Source: Octopus vulgaris (taxonomy: Eukaryota). Taken from it: a stretch of DNA of 64,000 bases. The stretch lies in contig OX597816.1 of assembly GCA_951406725.2 (NCBI GenBank), forward strand, positions 992,001-1,056,000, written 5' to 3'. The stretch's first letter is position 1. Every line of letters begins with the position of its first letter. The position numbers were made by a program, and so were the translations under genes. The notes under the pieces were generated by a model. The model saw only the letters and a list, made by a program, of their open reading frames with translations, did not search any database and was not told the DNA's origin. Positions 1 through 13,677 of the stretch are shown here, in pieces.

Positions 1-2590
1 AATGCTCTTTGGATACTTCCATGTTAGAAAGAGTTTTAATCAAAGAAATTTTAATTCTATTATTCTGTAAAATAATATTTAATTAGTTTAAATGTACACA
101 AATGCTTTAGAATATTTAAAAATTCCATTAGACATTCTAAAATACTATTAAATTTCATTCAATTTTGAAAAAGATAAAATCGGACAGAATTTATGGGATG
201 ACCTGATAAATTCATTAGTGTTGAGTAGATGAGACAAATCTCTCTTTAAGAAAAGCCTGGTATATTGAATGGAAGGTTTGCAATGAAAATCCCTGCTGCG
301 GATATGAATTTGTATTTGATGACTAACTGCATCATCCGATTGATGCCATCCATTCTGTCGTTTCACCATTACTTATGTGTAATTAGCTTCTGATAATGAA
401 ATGGGTATCAATTTTGGGGGATAAAGCCACCAAAAGGTTTGGATTTTAAAATTGAAAATTGTTAGTTTTAGCTTCTGTTGTTAATGGCGAAGAAAAAGGG
501 CCAAAGCTGCTGAGGAAATGTTTTCTGGTCTTTTTTCAGTCAACCCCATTTCTCTGTTGAATCCTGGCCATCATTGACTTAACCTTTCGTCCCTTCTGTG
601 TTGATAAATGCTATACCAATGCTGGATGGGGGCCAGTTCTAATAAAACATTTCTCTTCCTCTTTTAAAGTAGACATTGTCTCCAAGAGAATAACAACAAA
701 AATAATCAAAGGCAGTCAGTTGGCAGAAGAAACAAGTGCATCAGACAGAATGTTTGCAGTATTTCTGACTCTTTACAGTCTGAGTTCAAATCCTGCCTAG
801 GTCAACTTTGAGAATTATTCTCTCTTGCCTTCATTAACAAGAAATGTCATTTTTTTCTTTTTTCTGAAACCAAGTGTAATTTAAACTAGAAATAATTGTT
901 TAATTCCCTCCATTTATATTTTCCCAAATTTCAATTAATTTTTGTACCTAACAGTTAACTCACTAAAGTCCCTTCTCTAGAAATGTTTGGCAATCACTTA
1001 GATCTCTTAGTTGCTGACATCTTTGTTTATGAATGACCACTAATTAACATTCATTAGTAACATATTTCATTTACTCTGAAACTCTCAGCGTCATTGAAGT
1101 TCCAGTTTTCTTTCTCCATCTAAACCTCTTCATCCGGCTTTAAGTGGTCCCCAGCCAACAGGTTTCCCAAGCTTTACCTCGTAAAACACTTTCACTCGTA
1201 AAACACTTTCACTCAATCAATCAATTCAACTGTTTTATAAAAATCCAATATCCTGCTTGCTACAGTTCTGTTTGCAGGTTATTTTCACAACAACTATAAT
1301 AATGGTTTTGTTTTGCCACAAGGGCAGCAATTTGGAGGGGGTGGTGAGTCAGTTACATTGACCCCAGTTTTCAACTGGTATTTATTTTATTGACCCCCAA
1401 AGGATGAAAGATAAAGTCAACCTCTGCAGAATTTGAGCTCAGAACATAGCAACGAGCAAAACACCATTTCATCCGACATGCTAACGATTCTGTCAGCTCG
1501 CCACTTTGGGGTGGGGGTGGGGTAGTGGTTTCACAAGATGATGATGATGATGATGATGATAATTCAAAATTTAAAGAGTTTCACTTTTAAACTTTTTATT
1601 GTTTTTTTTTCCCAACCTAATTAAATCAGGTGAGTGATAACAGTGTCACTTCCCATGACAATTGATGGTTGCCACAGCAGCACGCACTTCTTGTCAGACT
1701 GAATTTTAATAAATCTTCTTTACGGTTCAAAAAGTACTTGTCGTAGCATTGTTGTATTCCAGTCAATGGACACCTCTCGGTTAAGATTGTTTTCGGTGAC
1801 ATCTTGTCTGCTCAAATTCTTTTTTTTTTACTTTCTCCTACAATTTTATTTTTGTATTATTTAACTTTATTTTGACAAGTCACTTGTATTGGACATAATG
1901 TGAACAAGTGAACCAGTGGATGTGTTTATATACAGTGTGTGTGTGTGTGTGTTGTTTCTGCATTGTGTATGTTGCATGCTCATGCATGTGTACATGTCAC
2001 TGTCTGCAAGAGATCTATGGCCAATCTAATCATATTTGTTTCAGTATTCAGATTAAACGACATGTCATGTTATTTTATTTATTCTTGTATATTCATTTAT
2101 TAGATATCCATCCTTTCTTTCGTTCCTTTATTCTATTTCTTTTAATCACAAAATGAATCTCAGGATTTCCCTGCTTCTTCAATTTCTTTGAACAAACAAT
2201 TCTATTATACCAACCTAGAGACTTCATTGTTTCTCCTTGCACTGAGAAATCTTCATTTAATCTAGTTGGACCCTCCATGTACAAAAAGTTTCATTGTTTG
2301 ATCACTGTTTGCAATTCTCAACTTGATTTACATTTTCCTTCTACTCTCTTCACATTTATTTTCTACTTTAAAATAAAAATGTTATTACTTTAATTGGAAT
2401 TTAATGGTTGCTTGTTTTGTTTCAAATTGAAATGTCTAAGAGTTCTCTTTTTGTACCAATGTCTGCTTGAATATATTTGAAAAGATAACTTAAAAGATTT
2501 TCTTCATTAAACCCGTAGATTCTTTAGAAAATAAATTGTTGCTTGAATTCTTTTCAAACTCTTTAATCTTATATTTTATGAATGGTTGTA

Positions 2591-3753
2591 TGGGGTCATC
2601 CTATAAATAATGTGGGGTTTTTTTTTCAATTGCATGAACTAAAAGTCGGAGGGGGACAGGATAAACTATCTGCATCAACTTGCTATAAAAGCAGGTAGGA
2701 ATTTTACCTTGTACTTACTCTTAGTACAAGTTTTGAAGAGTGCAGTTCGATTTTAACAGTTATTTTTTCAAAGCTATAATGGTAAGGGGCATATTTTGTT
2801 TATGAGTTCAATAAAGGCAACAGTTCAATGTGCGAGGAATATTGATGCAGTAAATGGGGTTCGGACAGTAAGCATAAACCAGTGTCAACGGTGGTTCCAG
2901 AAATTCTGAGCCGAGAGACTAGCAGAGAAGCTCGGATTTGGTCATTCAACCATTCATTGACACCTGCATGACATTGTAAAAGTTTTCAAATTGAATCAAT
3001 GGATTCCTCACAGACTTTCTGAGTCTAATTATAGGCAGAGTGAATGTTTGCTCTTCTTTACTGTCAAGTCTCACCAATGAACCTATTTTTCCACTGAATA
3101 GTGACTGGTGACGAGAAATGGGTTCTCTATAAAAATGTCAAGCGCTGAAGACAGTGGGTAGAGAAAGGAGAAACACCGGCTCCCCAGGCTAAAGAAGGTC
3201 TTCACCCATGTAAGGTGTTGCTATCTGTTTGGTAGGATATGAAAGGTTTAGTCCACTTTGAACTTTTAAACCCAAACCAAACTATAACAAAGGAGGTCTA
3301 TTGTGGGCAACTAGAGCGGCTTTAGTCAGTGCTAGAAGAAAAATGACCATATTTGGTTTCAAGACGAAAGGTGTTCTTCCACCAGGATAATGCTCGGCCA
3401 CATACGGCAAGAAAGAGATTCCAAAGGCTGCAACAGTTTGAATGGGAAATGATGCCCCACCCACAATATTTGCCGGATATTGACCCATCTGATTATCATT
3501 CATTCCGCAGTCTTCAAAATCATTTGGATAGCAAAAATATGAACTCTATAGATGAGGTCAGAACAGTACAGGACAAGTATTTTTCATTACAGACAAGTGA
3601 ATTTTGGAAGAGGGGCTTTGTAAGTCTACCAGAGAGATGGAAGAGCATTGTAGGAAATGGAGAGTATATGTTAGATTAAAAAAGAAGTTTATCTTAATTT
3701 TGAAAAATAAAAGTAGTATATAAAAAAACCACTTGATTTATGGAATGACCCAA
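2591..3753 (+). mobile_element. Mariner (D,D34D) transposon copy 1, decayed and internally deleted
   Basis: TA flanks at 2589-90 and 3754-55. TIRs tggggtcatcctataaa / tttatggaatgacccaa. Transposase remnants WIPHRL, TGDEKW and HQDNA-x-PDIDPSDY, with 34 residues between the second and third D. Contains stops and frameshifts. Confidence 0.95.
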
Positions 3754-4477
3754 TAGTTTGTGTGGCTACTACCACTACCATCATCATCATCATCATCATC
3801 ATCATTACCACCACCACCACCACCATCTGATATTCCATACTGACATGATTTGGATAAGACATCTTCAGGTAGTATTTTGTGGCCAGAGGCCTTGTTTTGA
3901 TGTGAAGTATTTTATTCCTTTGGCTTTTTGCATATCAAATTACTGATTGTGAGATTTGAGTTACAAGGAACAGAAATAAAATGTCACTATTATCTCAGTT
4001 GTATCCATGTAAACACACATGTGGTGTGTGGGTGAGGAGTTTGTTTCCCAACCATGGTGTTCGAGTCACGTCACTGTACAGCAGTGGGATTGAACACACA
4101 TGTCAAGCTGCTATCTTATGGGACCTTGTCCATCATCATCAGTGTAACAGTCATTTTTCCTTATTTGAACGGGGACAGACAGAATTTGTTGAGGCAGGTT
4201 TTTTTGGGGTTTTTTCAGTTTTCTCCATACCAGATCCACTGCCAAGACTTTGGTTAGCACAAGGCCACAGAGTAGATGAGATTTGCTCAGAGTTCTATGC
4301 AGTGGGATTGAATCTAAAGCCATATTGTTGAGAAACAAATAAAACAGTATCTGCAGAAGGAAATTAACTCTTCACAAATGAAATAGATGTGACCCCAATA
4401 ATTAATTGGGTTTTTTTTATTAGCCCAATCTTGCTTAATGGTGAGAGGCCGCCTCCTTTTGCAAGACAAATTGTTAA

Positions 4478-4682
4478 CCCTTTTGATATCATCATCTCCA
4501 TTGTTCTCTGCTTCTGTGATACAAACTTCCAGCTTTAAGCTTCCATCGAAATTTCATGTTAAATTATGTTGCAAATGCCAACTTAATGAATAACAGTTAT
4601 TTTACTAGATTTTCCATTATTTTCAAAACTAATTTAAACAAATGCAATGGATTTCATCAGAAATATTATAGTAACTGAAGGG
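4478..4682. mobile_element. piggyBac-type MITE, family A
   Basis: TTAA|CCCTT ... AAGGG|TTAA. Related copies at 11746-12100 (opposite orientation) and about 14890-15101. Confidence 0.8.
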
Positions 4683-5121
4683 TTAATCTTCCACTTTATT
4701 TCTGTGTCTCTGTTCTCCTTTGCTCCTTTTTCTCTTTCCATTCACACTCCATCTCATAATAGGATTATTATCAAGGTGCTGTTCAAAGCATCCTTGCAGC
4801 TGTTAACATTCCACTCCTTTTGTAATTTCATCAAATGCTCAAAGTCCTAAAAACACACCAACACAGCTCCATCTGTAGTCGCTCTGCCTCGCTAACCTTC
4901 GTCCTTTCTTCCTTTCTCTCCTCACTCATTATGTTTATATATAATTAACATGTGAAGTCATTAGCTGTTATAATTTCCCAAAACCCCATTTAACTGGCTG
5001 GGCCAATGTTTTTGAAGAACTCATTTGTAGAATGAACTGCATTCGCAATTAACAGCAATCCATTTCCGTGATCTTCGACAGACGTTTGGATCGCACTGTA
5101 GGAGGAACAGTTTTGCTTTTT

Positions 5122-5158
<37 letters not shown>

Positions 5159-7382
5159 ACACCTTTTATCTTATAATTTGTTTCAGTCAATAGAATGTGG
5201 CTATGCTGTGGTGTTGTATTGAAGAGTTTTAGTTGAAAGGTTATCAGGTGGTAAGGAAGGGACACACACATACAAAGTGTTATAGCAGAAGACACTTGAC
5301 CAAGGTGCTGTGCAGTGGGACTGAACCTGGCACCGTGTGTCTGGGAACCAAACATCCCAGCAAACCTATTAGATTTATATAAAGTTTTTCACTGTTAGTC
5401 AGACAAAATATATGTTGTTAGCCCCCTGGATGGTTGGCTATTTTGATTCTCAGGTTTCTTCCCTTTTCTAAGTGACCTGACAATGTTCCTTTGAACTTGG
5501 TGCCTCCATGGAGAATGGAAGATGAATAATGATGATACTCATCTCTCTCTCTCTCTCTCTCTCTCACGCGCACACACTGGGACCTTTTCTTTTTTTGTAG
5601 GTAGTTGGCTATAAGTATGAATGCCTTTCTTGTTCCCAACCACTGGGTCATTAACTAGACCCCATCCCCACTCTCCACACACTTCCAAACGCCTTTATCA
5701 GTTAATCTGACTGAAATAGACTGTTGTGTGTCCCCAGTGTGGAGCTCAACAAATCTATCGGGTAACATCAACAGTTTGATTGTTCCACTGCCCTTCAACA
5801 CTCCGAACACCCTAAACTTCACACCAATCATCAAATCTTGTTTTTAAAATCTCCTTCAAATAAGACTTTGTGGTAATATTCGGCCCTTGACCACTAATTC
5901 ATTATTTGCTGTCTTCGTTAGGTCTGGATGTGCAGTTCAGAAGTTTGCTTCTCAGTTCCATGGCACTGGGTTCACTCTCACTGCATGGCACCTTGGGCAA
6001 GTGTCTTCTACTTTAGCCTCAGGCCAACCAAAGCTTCATGAGTGGATTTGCTAGACAGAAACTGAAAGAAGCTCATCATGTGAGTGTATGTATGTATGTG
6101 TGTGTGTGTGTGTATATATATAAGTTGTTAGAATGTGTTTAATATGTAAATTAGTTTATTTCCCGTAGTCTTACACTGCTGTATTTAGTGACTATTTAAG
6201 CGATAGGTTGTGGGGGGGGGGTGCCGAAGAAGGAGCAAGAACTCCTGAAACATGTATCTACACCCATCACCTGTTTTTCTATTTTCAATCTCACTGTATT
6301 CATCTCAGATGTATTCATACATGAAAGATTGTAACTTTCTGATGACAAATTAGTTTGTCCCATGTTAATGTTGTCACATACAGAGATCTGCACCATCATC
6401 TCTCTAATGGCTACTTAACTACAAGAGATTCCATATCTCCCTGTTCCAGTGATCCATATTAAGGTTTCTGAACACTGTTTCTAGAAGTCATCCAACCTCT
6501 AAACGAATCAACACTTTGGTAATTAAATATCTTGGAGTTATTTTCATCCCCAAATGTCAGAGTTGATGAGGAGAAAAAAAGAAACATAAAAATAAAGTGT
6601 TTTTGAATTATTTAAATTTTCATTTTCAAATAATTCATCTCCATTCAAGTTAATTATACTGCTCCTCTTAATTAATAGAAAGTAATTAAGTTTTGAGAAG
6701 CAAAAAAATGTTAATTTTGATATGCTAGGTTAGATAAATTACTGCAGAGTGTATAATATATATAATCATTATTTGGTTTGTGTGAGAAATTGCTTCCAAG
6801 TTTAAACCTTAAACCCTAACAAAAAAGAAAGTGAGGTGTAGTTACTGGAGCAGAAATAAGCTGATTCAATTTGCTTTGCAAAAAGAGAGAGAGAGAAATG
6901 TAGGTCACAGTGTATATTAGAGGAAATTGATTACAGTGTTTTCATGAAAGTGACGTTGATGATTTATGTGTGAGGTCAGCGTTTATATTCTGATGTACAA
7001 ACAACAGTAGTGTGTATACATGTGTGTGTGTGTGTGTGGAAATATTGATAACAGAGCATAGAATATTAAAAGTTATTATTGGTAAATATAAGGTGTCAAA
7101 CTGTGTGTGTGTGTGGGGGGGTGTGTTACTGGGAAAAGAATACTTTGAATGAAAGTTAGTTTCTGTGCTTGCATGCACACACACACACACACACACTCCA
7201 CTATGCACTGACTGACTATATGAGATGCAGTTGTTCTATCCTTTCTTCATTTTTTCTTCTCCTCACTTTTACTGAAGAAGAGCACATGCTCAAAACATTA
7301 AAGATTTTTCCTTTTATTTTTCCTCATCAGAAACCCAATTCTCTGATTTTTCACTTTGTCTTTGTTTTAAATTTTTGAATTT

Positions 7383-7434
<52 letters not shown>

Positions 7435-8896
7435 ACCCATGCCAGCATGGGAAATGGACGTTAAATGATGTGTGTGTGTGTGTGTGTATGTATGTGTGTG
7501 TATGTGACCAACAACTCCAAAAACTTTACTTTTAAGCAGTCTTCCATAAAAAAGATATTCAGAAAAGGGTATCTAACTTTAGAAAACCTGCCTCAATAAA
7601 CTTCGTCTGACCCATGCAGGTATAGAAAAGTGGATGTTACCAATAATGATGATGATGATGCTACTTAGTCTGCAGGTGCACAATCTGTTTTCATTGTTAT
7701 TTACATAAACCCCATCAACCACTTACTTTTTCACCATGAAGACAAAACAGACATCAAAACTACTTCTCTGCTGCCACCACCACCACCACCACCACCTCTG
7801 CTGCTGCTGCTGCTGCTGGTTCTGGCAAACCCAACACACACAACCACCTTCTTGATTAACTCCACCTGTGTTGTAATGTAATCGCTTTCTGTTTGTCATT
7901 TTCCTTCTTACCTCTTCTTCACCCCACCCCCCACCGCTCTTGTTTATAACAACCACCTGGGGGGGGGGGTTATAGATTAATTAAACTCCCAATTAGCCCC
8001 TCCCCTCTTAACCCTACAAAATATCTCCTCCCCAGTCAGTGTTCTCATTTAATTTGTTGTTTTATTTCTTTTATTTGTCCTAGTAATTGGACTGTGACCA
8101 TGCTGGGGCACCACCTCCAAGTATTTAGTTCTGAGCAAATTGACCCAGGGATTACTTTTGTAAAGGTTTCATCATCATACATCCTTTTTCCATGCTGGCA
8201 TGGGTTGGATGGTTTGACAGAAGCTGGCAATCAGGCTCTTTTGCCAAACTCCTAAGTTACAGCGAGGTAAACAAACCAACACTGGTTGTAAGGCTGGATA
8301 AACATGCACACACACATGTTCACACAAACTGGCTTCCACACAGCTTCCATCTACGTAATCTACTCACAAAGACATTGGTTGTTCAGAGGTCCATGGGAGA
8401 AAACATTTGCCCAAGGTGTTGTGCCTTGGGACTGAACCTGAAATCACATGGTTGCAAAGTGAGCTTCTTAACTACACGGTCAGGGCCTGTCAGTTTGTTG
8501 TTAGAATGGGTTGCTATTTGTTGCAAATGATTTTTGAATCCTGGATTCTGATTGTAAGAACGGGTTGCCATTTGTTTTGACGATGACTGTTCAGTTTTTT
8601 TTAAGGAGCAGAATGAAACATTTACACACACACACACCATTACCCTCTACACGTGTGTGTGTGTGTGTGTGTGTTCGTTGTAAATGACCGTCACATGAGC
8701 AATGCCATTCATTTCCAATGTTTTCTGTAAAACCATGTCTGGTCGTAGACAAATGCTATTTTACTCAGAAACTGGGCTGGTTTGGCATTTTGGATAGGCA
8801 TCCAGCTGTAGAAAATCTACCTCAATAAATTCCATCCAGTCCATGCAAGCAAAGGAAAACAGACATTAAATGACAGACACACACTCACACTCTATT

Positions 8897-8935
<39 letters not shown>

Positions 8936-10409
8936 GATGAATGAACAGAACCCATGGGAGATTAAGGAAGAAAATACTTATATACTTTGCTATAGTTTTA
9001 TAAAAACCATTTAACATGGAAGAGTCAGTTGACCTGTTAAGAAGGACAGACACAGAATCAGTGGGTTTTCACGTTTTGTTTCCCCCCTTGCAAAAAACAC
9101 TGACTATTTGTAAGACTGAACAGCGTTTGTAACCTGATATGTCTCCCTTTCTTCTATTTCTGGACTCCCCCACCACCACCTCAGTTGCACTTCACCCACC
9201 TCCACCCACAGATTCTCTTTATGTTGTTATTCTTATTATCAAACTGGTGTCAATGTTAACCATTGTTGTAACAGGAGTGGTTTGTTTTATGATCTTCTAA
9301 TGCTGCTACTACTACCACCACCATATACTACTACTACTGATTTCTAAACATTGGCAAATGGCCAGACATTGGTGAGGACCCACCTGGATCATCATCATCA
9401 TCATCTGCCGTCCTTGTTCTTCTCTACTAACAGGGATATTTAAATAGTCTCCTCCGACCCATACAAGCCTGGTAAAATAGATGTTAAAACTAATGATGGT
9501 CACAGTGTTTAACTGGTTCTCCTGTTGATGAAAACATAGCTTCCCTTAATGAGGTTTGAACTCAATATAAAAAGAGCAGCTGAGCCTTTTTCTTGTTCTA
9601 CCACCATAATAATAATAATAATAAAAATAATAATAATACCAACAATATCTCTAATTTTTGTGCAAAGCCAGCAATTTTAAGAGGCATGGTTTTAATTGCT
9701 GCCATCAATTAACTCCAGAACTTGTCTGGTCTTTAGTTTATTGATGTATTTAAGGATAAAAAACTTTGGGTTCTGTCCCACTGTGTAGCACGTTGAGTGA
9801 GTGCTTTCTATCATAGCCCTAGGCTGACAAAAGTCTTGTGAGTGGATCCAGTAGATGGAAACTGAAAGAAGCCCCTTGTGTATATATACATATATGTGTT
9901 TATGTTCTCTTGTCTTGACACCTTGTGGTGGTTGTAAATGAGTGTCACTGTCATACAAGCAGTGTCAATCGTGTATAATATTCTGCAGAAATGTATTTGG
10001 CCATGGAGGAAATATTACTTGATTGGAAACTGGTGAAGGTTGGAGACAGGAAAGGCATCTGGCTGCATAAAATCTGCCTCAACAAACACCATCCAATCTA
10101 TGGAAGCATGGAAAAGTGGATGTTGAATAATGATCCTACATGGCCCACACATTCACTCACTCACACATTTACCCAGTATTATTAGACTGTTAATTATATA
10201 GTGTCATTTTATAATTAATGGGATTTAGCTTAACAAGAGACAGCACAAAGTTACAGTTTCAGTTAAAGATTTTTAAATTTCTCTTTCTTCAGCTTTCAAA
10301 TCATTAACACAAATCTATATGCATTTATAGCAGATATGTATGCATGTTTACTAGTGTGTGTGTGTGGGGGGGAGGGGTGTAAGTGTGGGTGCACGCATGC
10401 GTGCTAGCT

Positions 10410-10476
<67 letters not shown>

Positions 10477-10816
10477 ATGGTGGAGTGGTTTCAAGTTTTG
10501 ACTCTCTGCATGGCACCTTGGGCAAGTGCTTCTACTATAAGTTTCAGGCTGACCAATGCCTTATAAGGGAATTTGGTAGATGAAAACTATGTGGAAGCCT
10601 GTCATGTGTGCACGTGTGTGTGTGTCTATGTGTGTCTGTTTTTGTTCCTATCCACTGCTTGACAACTGGTGCTGGCTTGATTGCATCCATATAACTTAGT
10701 GATTCAGCAACAGAAACTGATAAAATAAGTCCTGGGAATGATTTGTTGGATTAAAATCACCAAGGTAATACTCCAGCAAGGCCACAGTAAAAGATAAAAG
10801 ATGTGTATGTGTGTGC

Positions 10817-10850
<34 letters not shown>

Positions 10851-10853
<3 letters not shown>

Positions 10854-11044
10854 GGTCCCGGGTTGATTCGGGGTTAACCACAGTAAGTAAGGTACTCAAT
10901 ACATAGCAGAGTAAAATTAATTTATTATATAGAAGGAGCTTCTACAGGACTAGAACTGTTTCATTCAAGAGAAATCATCAGGAAGCTCCTGATGATTTCT
11001 CTTGAATGAAACAGTTCTAGTCCTGTAGAAGCTCCTTCTATATA

Positions 11045-11050
<6 letters not shown>
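10851..11050. mobile_element. Penelope-like pLTR/retrozyme-type fragment with perfect foldback, inserted in (TA)n
   Basis: Perfect 64-bp inverted arms (10920-10983 and 10987-11050) with a 3-nt loop. (TA)n on both sides. AATAAA follows the hammerhead on each arm. Confidence 0.75.
10934..10990 (-). ncRNA. Type I hammerhead ribozyme motif (Penelope-like pLTR type)
   Basis: Minus strand: AGGAGCUUC-CUGAUGA-uUUCucuuGAAu-GAAA-CAGuucuagucCUG-UA-GAAGCUCCU. Stem I is 9 bp, the core is intact, stem III is 4 bp and the cleavage triplet is GUA. Stem II is only 3 bp with a U.U closing mismatch. Confidence 0.8.
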
Positions 11051-11087
<37 letters not shown>

Positions 11088-11088
11088 A

Positions 11089-11396
11089 AGACACCCCCTT
11101 CAGTCTTGAAGGACCATGGGATTGTACCTAGAAAGCTCCCCTCCAAGGCACAAGTCCAGGGAAGGTTGTTTATGGAAGATCAGCAGTTGCCCATGAATAC
11201 CAGTCTCCACTCTGATGTTATCCAAGCGAAAGAAAAAGGGGCCGAGACAGCTTGGCATTTTCTACAGCTGAGTGAACTGGAGCCACATGAAATAAAGTGT
11301 CTTTGCTCAAGAACACAGCCCAGTGCAGGAATCAAACTCACTACCCCTTGATTGTGAGCCCAACTGGACCATAACCACTGAACCATGTGCCTTCAC
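11089..11396 (-). mobile_element. tRNA-derived SINE family 3
   Basis: Minus strand head gaaggcacatggttcagtggtt ... gagtttgattcc, then tgtgttcttgagcaaagacact and ctccagttcactcagctg. Confidence 0.7.
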
Positions 11397-11745
11397 ACAC
11401 ATATATATAAATAAAAATCTGGATGTACAAACAGAAGAGTACTCAATACAAAGGCAGAGTTTATCGCTGATTCACTGTCGCCTTGCTACTCTGAGTTTCT
11501 CACTTTGTGCATTGGTTCAGAAGATAAGAAGATGAACGAATCCACAAAACAATAAACTTGGATTAGCAACAGAGTGGATTATCAGCTTTGAATGATTATA
11601 TTGAGAGAATATACTTCCATTGTTGCAGCAATTGTAGTTTATTTCACTTGGATGGACTTCCTGTTGCTCCACAGTAAAACTATCTCCATTTCCTGTTACA
11701 CTTTTATATTTCGCAAACAGCTTTCTTTTCTTTTTTCTCTCTTAA

Positions 11746-12100
11746 CCCTTTCGTGACAGTATTTCTCATGAAACACCCTCCCTCTCTGTCGGTGGGTTTC
11801 TAGAAGACTGGAGAATTTGGACAGTTTTAATGAAACAACTTTATCATAAATTTGGTGTTTGCGAAATAAGCAAACAAAACTGTTTCGTTCATCATAAAAA
11901 TTCTGTTGAAATATGCTGCTTTTTTTTCTTCTTTTCAATTAATTCCTAAGAAGTGTTTGTAAAATAACTTTGTCATTATTAAGATGGTGTTTCAATCAAA
12001 ATTTAGTATGAAATTTTGATGGAAGATTTGAGACCACTTTAAAACAGGAACTTTTATCATAGAACCAGGGTTAGTTTCAGATGGGTTGGTATCAAAAGGG
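11746..12100. mobile_element. piggyBac-type MITE, family A
   Basis: TTAA|CCCTTTCG ... CAAAAGGG, right TSD degenerate. The interior is the reverse complement of 4478-4682 (e.g. atgaaattttgatggaag). Confidence 0.7.
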
Positions 12101-12193
12101 AATTGACACCCTTCTAACCTACACCAAAACAATCCAACTTAGCCATTCCCCAAAAAGACCAACTTATTATTATCTACCAACTACTCAACACTT

Positions 12194-12301
<108 letters not shown>

Positions 12302-13033
12302 TGTCTGTCTCTCACACTGAACATGTTAAAAGAGTGAGCATCTCCTACTCACCAGCTCCTTCATCTCCTGCAATGTTTCTTTCCACAGCACTCTCCATCC
12401 AGTGCCAGATTGATTAGACAAGCTTTTAAGAACTGCGAAACCAATGCTGTTTCCCTTCATTTCAGTGTTTGACATTGGAAACATTCAACTGAAGTGGCTT
12501 GGGAAGGTGTTCCACTCATGTTGTTGTTGTTTGAAATGAAGCTTTCTCCTCTGCACCATTGCACTATGTGACATTACGACTGTTGCCAACCCAAATTCTA
12601 TCTACTCTTTCGTAGCCCCATCATGGTTTGGCTATATTTTTCGCACTCTTTGCTTTTACATTTAACACACCCTCACCATCCTCCAGTCATCCGCAATTTT
12701 CTAAATTCTCATTGACCAGGGCCCTAACCTTCACACTTCATGGTTAGACTTCTATAAACAGACTTGCTTAATCTCTGTTTCTATAACCAGGAGTATTTAA
12801 GTTGCCATTCTTAGATTTCTTTGCTCTCTTCATTTGTCAGTTTTTATAACTGTTGATTATATTTTCTCTGCCTTTTTTCTCTTTGTCAAACGAGAAAATT
12901 CTACTAATTCACAGTTGCTATTTTTCCCCTAATCTTTAATGACAATATCTGGCTTGTTTTCATTGATGTTTTATATCTACAAAGCCCTTTGTACTCAACA
13001 CAAAATCCACCACAGCTACTCATTCATATAGAA

Positions 13034-13076
<43 letters not shown>

Positions 13077-13455
13077 TTTTTGTCTTATCTGCCAAATGTT
13101 CCAAAGTTCTCGTGGGGAGCAAGAAGAAAAGAAGTTATCAGGATGAAGTAACTAGGTTGGAGAGAGAGAGAGATGAGAGGAGGCTGTTTGGAAATGCAGT
13201 GAGGAAATCTATTGAGTCACTGATTGGAGAATGACAGCAGGTGTTGTTTTTGTGTGAGTGAAACAGTTTTAGGGAGCTGTGGAGGCAGGCATTCATTCTA
13301 AGGATATTAGGGCACAGTTTATCAGTGGAAGCTGTTTCAGAAAATTTACTTTTATTGCCTGAGAATTTGTGTTGTTGAGTAAAGTCTCCTCCCCTCAAAT
13401 TTCAATCTTTTTGCCTCTTAGGAGAATTAATGATTATTATTATTATCATCATCAT

Positions 13456-13677
13456 GGCAGTGAGCTGGCAGAATCATTAGCAGAATCATTAGCAATGCTG
13501 GACGAAATGCTCTGTGGCATTCTGTCTTTCTTTACGTTCTGAGTTCAAATTCCACTGAGGTCAACGTTACCTTCCATCCTTTCAGGGTTGATAAAATGAG
13601 CAGTGGGGTCAATTTAATTGACTTATCCCCTCCATTGAAACTGCTGGCATTGTGCCTAAATTTGAAATTATTATTAT
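13456..13677 (+). mobile_element. tRNA-derived SINE family 2 (representative copy)
   Basis: ggcagtgagctggcagaatc head, B-box-like gagttcaaattcc, (att)n tail. Other copies at about 1296-1505 (-), 13925-14157 (+), 44323-44550 (-) and 57953-58120 (+). Confidence 0.8.

Noticed and set aside
1178-1214. 17-bp direct duplication (similar short ones at 16941-16992 and 59501-59541)
   Set aside because: Ordinary local slippage duplications with no further structure.
5048-5095. Minus-strand acceptor followed by RSKRLSKITEMDCC, like a furin site plus TGF-beta start
   Set aside because: A stop codon follows CC immediately, there is no good donor, and no remaining cystine-knot sequence was found.
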